In this document: positions 1 through 7,908 of the stretch, piece after piece | How the letters are laid out: the number at the start of each line of letters is the position of its first letter | Numbering within the stretch: position 1 is the first letter of the stretch | NCBI GenBank assembly: GCA_046597055.1 | Contig: JBKJLC010000066.1 | Coordinates: forward strand, 1-15,432 | From: Kofleriaceae bacterium | Lineage (GTDB): Bacteria; Myxococcota_A; Polyangia; Haliangiales; Haliangiaceae | Direction: 5' to 3' | Length of the DNA: 15,432 nucleotides | Translations under genes and position numbers: made by a program | The notes under the pieces: model-generated | What the model was told of the DNA's origin: nothing | What the model saw: only the letters and a program-made list of their open reading frames with translations | Databases searched by the model: none

Positions 1-1
1 G

Positions 2-493
2 CGCCACGACTTCCGGATCGTACACATCAGCATCCAGCACAACCACCTGCACCTGCTGGTCGAGGCCGACGACGAGCGTGCGCTCGCCCGCGGCATGCAG
101 GGCTTCGAGATCTCGGCCGCCCGCCGGCTGAATCAGGCGATCACGCGCGACCGACGCCTGACGCGACCGCATCGGGGCCAGGTGTTCCTGTCGCGGTATC
201 ACGTGACCGTCATCCGCACGCCGCGGCAGGCGCGTCACGCGCTCTGCTACGTCGTCAACAACTGGCGGCGGCACCGCGAAGACGTTCGCGGCGTGGCCCC
301 GCGCCGCCCCCAGGTCGGTCCGTACTCGAGCGGGCCCCGCTTCGACGGCTGGCGACCGGGCACCGTGCCGCCCGGGGCAGACATGGGCGAAGCGTCGTTA
401 CCGGTGGTGCCAGCAGGGAGCTGGCTGCTCAGGGTTGGGTGGCGACGGCACGGCCCGATCGACCCGCGCGAGGTGCCGGGCCCAGCACCATAG
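2..493 (+). CDS. RAYT / IS200-like HUH (Y1) tyrosine transposase, 5'-truncated by the window edge
   Basis: The frame is open from base 2: RHDFRIVHISIQHNHLHLLVEADDERALARGMQGF...GQVFLSRYH...TPRQARHALCYVVNNWRRH. It has the HUH motif (HLH), a candidate catalytic Tyr in YVVNN, and a RAYT-type PYSS/W tail. The ORF-track start at 95 is an internal Met. Confidence 0.85.
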   Translation, partial: RHDFRIVHISIQHNHLHLLVEADDERALARGMQGFEISAARRLNQAITRDRRLTRPHRGQVFLSRYHVTVIRTPRQARHALCYVVNNWRRHREDVRGVAPRRPQVGPYSSGPRFDGWRPGTVPPGADMGEASLPVVPAGSWLLRVGWRRHGPIDPREVPGPAP

Positions 494-531
494 AGCCGGC
501 GCCGACAGGCGACGATAGCCAGGCAGACGGG

Positions 532-574
532 CGTTCTTCGACTCCGCGCTTCGCACTGCGATCAGGACGAACGG
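532..574. repeat. Degenerate REP-like imperfect palindrome downstream of the transposase
   Basis: CGTTCTTCGACTCCGCGCTTCGCACTGCGATCAGGACGAACGG has terminal CGTTC/GAACG inverted arms. From recollection it resembles CTTCGAC...TCAGG..GAACGG intergenic repeats of myxobacteria and other Proteobacteria. Only one copy is in the window. Confidence 0.4.
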
Positions 575-660
575 GAGAGGGCACGCGTGCCTTGCGCCCC
601 CCGGCGCGCGCGCTGCGCCCGCCCGGGACGACCGGGACGACCGGTCGAGGAGACGCTAAT

Positions 661-3063
661 TTAGAAGCGGGCCTCGAGGCCGGCGGCGACGGTGGTCTGC
701 GGAGCGTCCGGGGCCCGGACACCCGTGACGTGCAAGCCGAGACCAAAGCGTCCGACGTCGAGAGTGACGCCGGCGCGGTAGGCGACGCCGAGCTGGCCGG
801 CCCAGCCGAAGCCGGCGCCCAGGTCGAGGACCACGCGATCGAAGGTGCGCAGGCCGAGGTCGAGCAACGCGGCGGCGGCGAGCGGCTCGTCGGCGGCTGG
901 GGCCGCGGTCAGATCGAGGCGGATCGCGGTGGTGAGGCGCCGGTTGACCCGCTGGTGCAGGCCGAGCGCGAGGCCCGCGGCGGCGGCGGGCTCGTCGAGG
1001 CGGACCCCGGCGCCGAGGCCGACCGTGAACCACCGACCGCGCACGGGGCGGCCGTCGAGCGACCGGACCGCACCGCGGGTCAACACGACCGACTCCGCGA
1101 GGGCGGGTTCGCCCCCGTCTTCCTCGACGGTCGGCACGCGCGGTTCCAGTGAGGGGGCGACCTCGGTGGCTACGCTACCCGCGCCGTCGGACGGCGCGGG
1201 CGTGGGCTGGACCTCGAGGTCGGACGTGATCGGGTCGGGCCCGGGCGCGCCTTCGGTCACCGGGGCCCGGGCGTCGTCGCCCGCGCGGCGTCGGCCCGGG
1301 CGACGGACCCCGGCCGGGGCCGGCAGCGGCACCATGATGGTCGAGCGCACCGCGTCGCCGGCGGTGGGCGCGATCGCGACCAGCGCGGTGGTCGGCCCGA
1401 CCACGCCGCGATCGAGCGCGAGTGCGGTGGCGCCCGCGAGGTCGCCGGCGCCCCACAGGCGCGCGACCCGCAGGCGCGCCCACTCGGTCGCGATGCCCGG
1501 ACCCGGGCGCCGCTCGATGGTCGCGCGCAGGCGGGTCGCGCCGATCGCGACCTCGATCTCGCCGGCGGGCACGCCCTGGCGGTCGACCGCGACGATGAGG
1601 GTGGCGCCGCCGGCCACGACCACCGTGCGCGCCGGCTCGGCATCTTCGACGGTTGGCTTGCGCCAGTCGACGGTGACCGGCTGGGCCTGGTCGGCGGCGA
1701 CCACCTCGGCGGCCAGGGCCGCGGCCTCGTCGGGGCTCGCCAGCACGTGGGCGACGCCGCCGGTGCGCACGGCGATCGCCTCGAGCAGCCAGCGGTTGGG
1801 CGCGGCGCCGACCCCGACCGGGTGGATCGGCACGCCGGCGGCGGCCGCGCGCGCGATCGCGGCGGCGTCGTCGGCGACCAGGCCGTCGGTGATCAGCACG
1901 ACTGCGGTGGCCGGCGACGCCGGCAGGCCGGCCAGCGTGGTCGCGAGACCGGCGGTCAGGTCGTCGGTGCCGGAGGCGCGCCCGAACGCCGCCAGCGCGC
2001 GCTTGCGCTCGGCCGCGGTCGCACGTGCGAAGCGCGGCGCCTGCCCGATCGCGACCAGCGCGAGCCGGTCGTCGTCGCGCATCTGCGCGAGCATGGCCAC
2101 GGCGACCCGGCGGGCCTGGGCCGCGCCGACGCCATCGAGCGAACCGGCCCGATCGACCGCGATCAGCCAGCTGCGGGCGGCGCGGCGGGGCCGGGCGGCC
2201 TCGGGGGCGGCTTCGATCAGCACCGCGATGTACGCGCCGCGTCCGCTCGGCTCGGCGATCGCGTGGACCCCGTGCGCGCGGGCGCTCTTCCAGCGCACGA
2301 TCAGCTCGCGGTCGCCGCGCGGATCGCGGAGGGTAGCGGTCGCGTCGTCGCCGGCAGTCACCACCGCGAGCGCGTGGGTCGGCGACTCCACCGCGGTCAC
2401 GCCGGCCAGCCGGACCACGAACTGGTAGGGGGTCCGGACGCCGGACGCCACCGGGGGCGTCAGCCGCGACGCGTCGGGCGCCCGGTTGGTGTCGGGGCTC
2501 CAGCCGCCACCGGCGGTGGGCGCGCCGGTCGCCGTGCCTGGCACGTAGCGCGGGCCGACCACCATCGGATGCGCCAGCTCCCACACGCCGGCGTGGCGCT
2601 CGATCCGCGCCTGCCAGGTCAGCGCGACCTCGACCACGCCGTCGACGGGGATGCCGGCGATCGACTGCGTGTAGACGCCGGGGCGCTCGCGCTCGACCAG
2701 GGCCGCCGCCCGGCCGCCGGTCACCGCGGCCTCGTAGCGCGCGGCCGCATCGGAGCGCGCTGCGATCACCGCGTCGATCGTCGTGCCCGCGACCGTGATG
2801 CGCATGCCGGTCACCGCGGCGCCGGTCGGCAGCGGGAACACGTACACCGCCTCGGCGACCTTGCCGGTGGTGTTGCGGAAGCGCTGGCGCACCTCGCCGC
2901 GCGCCAGTCCCAGTTCGACGTCGACCTCGACCTGGCTCTCGACCCACGGCAGCGCGGTGGTGCCGGCGAACATCCCCATCCCATCGCTGGCAGCGGACGC
3001 GCTGCGCGGCACGCCGACCGCGCACAGCGCGGTGGCGACCGCGACCACCAGGGACCACCTCAT
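661..3063 (-). CDS. Secreted VIT + vWA domain protein with a C-terminal outer-membrane beta-barrel-like domain
   Basis: Signal peptide MRWSLVVAVATALCAVGVPRSASA. VIT motifs (QRFRN, EAVYVFPLP..AAVTGM). vWA motifs (IAVDRAGS, VVLITDG, IHPVGVGAAPNRWLLEAIA..TGG). Pro/Ala/acidic linker. Amphipathic beta-strands ending AAGLEARF. Confidence 0.85.
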   Translation of the reverse strand: MRWSLVVAVATALCAVGVPRSASAASDGMGMFAGTTALPWVESQVEVDVELGLARGEVRQRFRNTTGKVAEAVYVFPLPTGAAVTGMRITVAGTTIDAVIAARSDAAARYEAAVTGGRAAALVERERPGVYTQSIAGIPVDGVVEVALTWQARIERHAGVWELAHPMVVGPRYVPGTATGAPTAGGGWSPDTNRAPDASRLTPPVASGVRTPYQFVVRLAGVTAVESPTHALAVVTAGDDATATLRDPRGDRELIVRWKSARAHGVHAIAEPSGRGAYIAVLIEAAPEAARPRRAARSWLIAVDRAGSLDGVGAAQARRVAVAMLAQMRDDDRLALVAIGQAPRFARATAAERKRALAAFGRASGTDDLTAGLATTLAGLPASPATAVVLITDGLVADDAAAIARAAAAGVPIHPVGVGAAPNRWLLEAIAVRTGGVAHVLASPDEAAALAAEVVAADQAQPVTVDWRKPTVEDAEPARTVVVAGGATLIVAVDRQGVPAGEIEVAIGATRLRATIERRPGPGIATEWARLRVARLWGAGDLAGATALALDRGVVGPTTALVAIAPTAGDAVRSTIMVPLPAPAGVRRPGRRRAGDDARAPVTEGAPGPDPITSDLEVQPTPAPSDGAGSVATEVAPSLEPRVPTVEEDGGEPALAESVVLTRGAVRSLDGRPVRGRWFTVGLGAGVRLDEPAAAAGLALGLHQRVNRRLTTAIRLDLTAAPAADEPLAAAALLDLGLRTFDRVVLDLGAGFGWAGQLGVAYRAGVTLDVGRFGLGLHVTGVRAPDAPQTTVAAGLEARF

Positions 3064-3071
3064 GTGGCGTC

Positions 3072-3077
3072 ATTACA
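3072..3077 (-). promoter_or_regulatory. Candidate -10 element (TGTAAT) 8 nt before the VIT-vWA start codon
   Basis: The minus strand reads TGTAAT-GACGCCAC-ATG, with no Shine-Dalgarno. Confidence 0.35.
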
Positions 3078-3310
3078 CGCACATCCCGCGGCCCCGATCT
3101 ACGCGCGGGTCGCGACGCGTGGTCGGGCCGACCACAACCACCGTGTCTCGGCGCCTGCAGGTCGCCGCCGCCCGTCGTAACTCCGCGGCGATCTTGCGAT
3201 CCGAGTCGGACCCGCGCTGGCACCCGCGAGCGCCGGGTGTTCACGCGCTGCGCGCGTGGGCCGCCGGGGCACGCGCCGGGTAACCGACGGTCGGCGAGGG
3301 TGCGCGTCGG

Positions 3311-5461
3311 TCACTCGTCGTCCTCGGTGACCAGCGGGTCGGGTCCGCTGGCGGCGGTGCCGACCGGCACGTCGATCCGGCCGCTGGGCTGGACCGGCGC
3401 CTTCAGCGCCGCGCGGGCGACTCGCTCGATCTCGACCGCGCGCACCGCCGCGTCGATCTCGGCGACCAGCCCGCGCTTGCGGCGGTAGTCCATCCGGGCC
3501 GCGACCGGGCGCCGGGTCAGGTCGGTGCGCGCGCGCAGGAACTCGTCGCGCTCGCGCTCGCGGCGGGCGAGGATGCGGCGACCGGCGGCGCTGTCGTCGA
3601 CAAGGTACGGCGTGAGGACGATCAGGAGGTTCGACTTGGTCTTGTTGGTCCTGGTCGTGCGGAACAGCGCGCCGAGCACGGGAAGGTCGCCGAGGATCGG
3701 GATGCCGTCGCGAACCTGCTCGACCCGCTCGGAGATCAGGCCGCCGAGCACCAGGCTCTCCTGATCGCGCAGCACGACCGAGGTCTCGAGCGTCCGCTCC
3801 TTCCAGGTCGGGCCCAGGTTGTCGCCGAAGTTGTCGGTGCCCACCTGGGCGTCCTCGAGCTTCACGTCGAGCCGGATGCGATCGCCATCGGGCTCGCCGG
3901 CCGCGGCCGGCGCCACGTGCGGGGTGATCGTCAGCGTCAAGGCGACCTTCTTGCGCTCGACGTTCTGGGTCGGGACCACGGCGGCCGACGCCGTGGTCGA
4001 CGCCGACTTGTACGGAATGTTGGTGCCAACCGAGATCGAGGCGGCCTTGTTGTCGAGCGCCATCAGGTGGGGCGACCCCAGGACCTCGAGCTGGCCGGTG
4101 TGCGACGACGCCGCGACCAGCACGCCGAACGAGGGGATGCTCTGACCGAGCAGCTCGATCGAGTCGCCCAGGATGCCGCCGAACAACCCGGCGCCCGCGG
4201 TCGGTGCCAGCGACGACAGCTGGCCGGTCCCGAAGCCGCCGACCGAGGTCGTGCCGCTCGCGCTGGTGGTGCCGCCGTGCCACGACACGCCCAGCTTGCG
4301 TTCGGTGGCGGCGTCGACCTCGAGCACCATCGCCTCGATGTAGACCTGGCGGCGCGGCACGTCGAGCTCGGCGATCATCGCGCGCACCGCGAGCGCGTCG
4401 CGGGCCGAGGCGAGAAACAGCAACGCGTTGGTGCCCTCGTCGGCGGTGATCTTGACCGGCCCCGCCGGTGCGCTGTTCGGGCCACCACCCGGGCCGGCGC
4501 CCGCGGCCGCGGTGCCGCCCAGCAGCGGCGCCAGCGTCGCCGCGACCTCCTTGGCCTGGGCGTTGCGCAGGCGGACCGCGTGGACCCGGGCATCGTCACC
4601 ATCGGCGACGTCGAGCGCGCCGATCAGCGCGCGGACCCGCAGGTGCTCGGCGGCGCTGCCGACCACGAACACCGCGTTGACCCGGCGGTCGGCCGACAGC
4701 CGCGGCCCCGGCTTGGGTGCGCTCCCGCGCGCGGCCTCCGGCTCGTCGACCAGCGGTTGCAGCACCGCGACCAGCTCGACCGCGTCGCGGTGGGTCACCG
4801 GCACGGCATAGACGCCGGCGCCCGCGGCCGGCTGATCCAGCTCGGTCACCAGCGCCTTCATGCGGGCCACGTGCCGGCCGTCGTCGGTGACCATGATCGC
4901 GCGCAGGTTCGGCAGCGCGGTGACCACCCCGTGGCGCGACTTGACCAGCTCGATCGCGGCGCGGAGATCCTCGACCCCGACGTGGGCGGGCCGCAGCAGC
5001 AAGCGCACCAGCCCGCCGCCGCCGGCGGGGAACGTGCGGCGGATCGCGAGCGCCGCGTCCTTCGCCTGCGCCGACTCGACGATCTCGAGCACGCCGCCCT
5101 TGGCGACCGCGGTGAGGCCCATCGCCTCCAGGCCCACCTCGAAGATCGACCAGGCCTCGGCGCCCGACACCCCGCCCGGCGTGATCATCGTGAGCTTCGC
5201 CGATCGGCTCGCGATGCCCGAGGCATAGACGAAGCGCTTGCACGAGAAGCCCATCGCCCACGCGACCAGGTCGCGCAGCTCGACGTCGTCCTTGAAGCTC
5301 ACCGCGAACGAGCCCTTGGGCTTGCCGCACGCGAACCGCGGATCGTCGGGGCGGCCGGCCGCCGCCGCGGCGCCGACCTCGCGATCGGCGCGCGCGCGCG
5401 GGGCGAGCACGGTCGTGACGAGCAGCGCGGCGAGGCAAGCGGCGAGGCGCGGTCGGGGCAT
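3311..5461 (-). CDS. gspD: Type II secretion system secretin GspD (orphan copy)
   Basis: Signal peptide from ATG 5461 (MPRPRLAACLAALLVTTVLAPRARA). N0 domain (SFKDDVELRDLV...KLTMITP). Repeated Secretin_N domains (ADRRVNAVFVVG, ADEGTNALLF). Secretin core RRQVYIEAMVLEV, SPHLMALDNKAASISVG, LTITPHV, LVLGGLI, GIPILGDLPVLGALFR, NLLIVLTPYLV. The ORF-track start at 5551 is probably too far upstream. Confidence 0.93.
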   Translation of the reverse strand: MPRPRLAACLAALLVTTVLAPRARADREVGAAAAAGRPDDPRFACGKPKGSFAVSFKDDVELRDLVAWAMGFSCKRFVYASGIASRSAKLTMITPGGVSGAEAWSIFEVGLEAMGLTAVAKGGVLEIVESAQAKDAALAIRRTFPAGGGGLVRLLLRPAHVGVEDLRAAIELVKSRHGVVTALPNLRAIMVTDDGRHVARMKALVTELDQPAAGAGVYAVPVTHRDAVELVAVLQPLVDEPEAARGSAPKPGPRLSADRRVNAVFVVGSAAEHLRVRALIGALDVADGDDARVHAVRLRNAQAKEVAATLAPLLGGTAAAGAGPGGGPNSAPAGPVKITADEGTNALLFLASARDALAVRAMIAELDVPRRQVYIEAMVLEVDAATERKLGVSWHGGTTSASGTTSVGGFGTGQLSSLAPTAGAGLFGGILGDSIELLGQSIPSFGVLVAASSHTGQLEVLGSPHLMALDNKAASISVGTNIPYKSASTTASAAVVPTQNVERKKVALTLTITPHVAPAAAGEPDGDRIRLDVKLEDAQVGTDNFGDNLGPTWKERTLETSVVLRDQESLVLGGLISERVEQVRDGIPILGDLPVLGALFRTTRTNKTKSNLLIVLTPYLVDDSAAGRRILARRERERDEFLRARTDLTRRPVAARMDYRRKRGLVAEIDAAVRAVEIERVARAALKAPVQPSGRIDVPVGTAASGPDPLVTEDDE

Positions 5462-5474
5462 GCCCACTCGCAAT

Positions 5475-5490
5475 TGCAACGCACATGCCC
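5475..5490 (-). promoter_or_regulatory. sigma54 (-24/-12) promoter of gspD
   Basis: The minus strand reads GGGCATG-TGCG-TTGCA, i.e. GG-N10-GC, close to the consensus TGGCACG-N4-TTGCW. The predicted +1 is about 5464, just before ATG 5461. Confidence 0.65.
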
Positions 5491-5584
5491 GGCGGATCGA
5501 CGCCGCGCTGCCCGCGCTTGCCAGCGGCGCGCGCCGATTCGGCGCCGCCACCCGGCGCGGCGTGCCTCGCAGGCACTGCCGCGG

Positions 5585-6385
5585 TCAGCGGCCGGTGAAG
5601 CGCGGCGGGCGCTTCTGCAGGAACGCGGCGAGCGCCTCGCCGAGGTCCTCGGACGCGAGGAATGCCGCGTTCCAGGTCGCGACGTACTCGAGGCCGTCGG
5701 CGACCGACTTGCCGACGCCGTGATCGAGGACCTGCTTGACGCCACGGACCACCAGCGGCGGGTTGCCGGCGATCTCCTGGGCCATGACGTCGGCCGCGGC
5801 CCAGACCGCGGCGCGGTCGGCGACCACATCATTGACCAGCCCGATCGCGAGCGCGCGGGCGGCGTCGATGTCCTTGCCGGTGTAGGCGAGCTCGCGGGTA
5901 TGGGCCGGCCCGATGATCGCGGGCAACCGCTGCAGGCTGCCCAGATCGGCGACCATCGCGACCCGGGTCTCGCGCACGCTGAAGCTGGCGTCGGCGGTCG
6001 CGATCCGCAGATCGCACGCGCTGATCAGATCGACCCCGCCGCCGATGCAGCGGCCGTGGATCGCGGCGATCACCGGCACCGGGCAGGCCGCGATCGCGGT
6101 GAACCCGCGCTGCAGCTGCAGGATCATCGTACGTAGCTCGCTACGCGCCTGGGCGAGCCCGCCGCCGGTGAGCTTCGGCCCCCAGTCGGACATCGCGGCC
6201 GCGAGATCGAGCCCGAACGAGAAGCCCTTGGCGCTCGACCGCACCACGATCGCGCGCAGGGTCTCGTCTGCTGCGAGCTCGCCGAACCGCCGCTCGCACT
6301 CGGCGAAGAACCGCGGCGGCATGGTCGGAGCGGTGAGGGTCAGGGTGGCGACGTCGCCGGCGCGGTCGGCGGTGATGAGATCCAT
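5585..6385 (-). CDS. Crotonase/enoyl-CoA hydratase family protein, delta(3,5)-delta(2,4)-dienoyl-CoA isomerase-like
   Basis: FSFGLDL, PVPVIAAIHGRCIGGGVDLISACDLR, FSVRETRVAMVADLGSLQRLP (the E...D pair of the ECH1-like subfamily), and C-terminal AFLQKRPPRFTGR. Confidence 0.92.
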   Translation of the reverse strand: MDLITADRAGDVATLTLTAPTMPPRFFAECERRFGELAADETLRAIVVRSSAKGFSFGLDLAAAMSDWGPKLTGGGLAQARSELRTMILQLQRGFTAIAACPVPVIAAIHGRCIGGGVDLISACDLRIATADASFSVRETRVAMVADLGSLQRLPAIIGPAHTRELAYTGKDIDAARALAIGLVNDVVADRAAVWAAADVMAQEIAGNPPLVVRGVKQVLDHGVGKSVADGLEYVATWNAAFLASEDLGEALAAFLQKRPPRFTGR

Positions 6386-6391
6386 GCTGCG

Positions 6392-6400
6392 ACCTTACCA
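6392..6400 (-). promoter_or_regulatory. Extended -10 (TGgTAAGGT) 6 nt before the crotonase ATG; likely leaderless promoter
   Basis: The minus strand reads TGGTAAGGT-CGCAGC-ATG. Confidence 0.55.
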
Positions 6401-6468
6401 GCACCTACATCGTGGGTGCCGACGCCGAAAAGTTGCCGGGGCGCGCGCACGCGCCGAGTGTGATGAGC

Positions 6469-6726
6469 ATGAGGGACGACATCGAGCTGGCGGGCTTCGT
6501 GTTGACCGCGGCCGAGTGGGCGGCGATGGACGCCGGGCAGCGGGCCATGCTGCTGCGCGCGGCGCTGCGCCGCGACGACCCGTGGGTGGTGTCGTCACCG
6601 CCGCGGCTGCCACGCCCGCGGCCGGCCGCGGCCGAGGCCCGCGCGATCGGCGACACGCGCGAGGCGACCGACGGCCCCGACGCCGCCGCCGCCTACGCCG
6701 CCTACGAGCTCCGCGCCGCCGTCTGA
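6469..6726 (+). CDS. Small hypothetical protein (about 85 aa)
   Basis: MRDDIELAGFVLTAAEWAAMDAGQRAMLLRAALRRDDPW... has GC-rich third codon positions and fills the gap between genes. The start could be 6463 or 6469. Confidence 0.65.
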   Translation: MRDDIELAGFVLTAAEWAAMDAGQRAMLLRAALRRDDPWVVSSPPRLPRPRPAAAEARAIGDTREATDGPDAAAAYAAYELRAAV

Positions 6727-6765
6727 GCCATTGCCCCCCGGCGCGGCTCGTGGCATCCACGGCCG

Positions 6766-7845
<1,080 letters not shown>

Positions 7846-7896
7846 TCGGGAGGCGAGAGATCGCCGGCGACCCGCGGCGCCGGGGCCAGGCCGGAC

Positions 7897-7902
7897 TACA
7901 GT
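7897..7902 (+). promoter_or_regulatory. Candidate -10 (TACAGT) 6 nt before ATG 7909
   Basis: TACAGT-AGGGCG-ATG, the same spacing as at the crotonase gene. Confidence 0.5.
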
Positions 7903-7908
7903 AGGGCG

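Noticed and set aside
623..644. CCGGGACGA tandem repeat as a CRISPR or VNTR
   Set aside because: Only about 2.4 copies of 9 bp, with no spacers and no cas genes.
3218..3233. TGGCAC... as a plus-strand sigma54 promoter
   Set aside because: The spacing is GG-N9-GC with no TTGC, and it points into the 3' end of gspD with no credible ORF.
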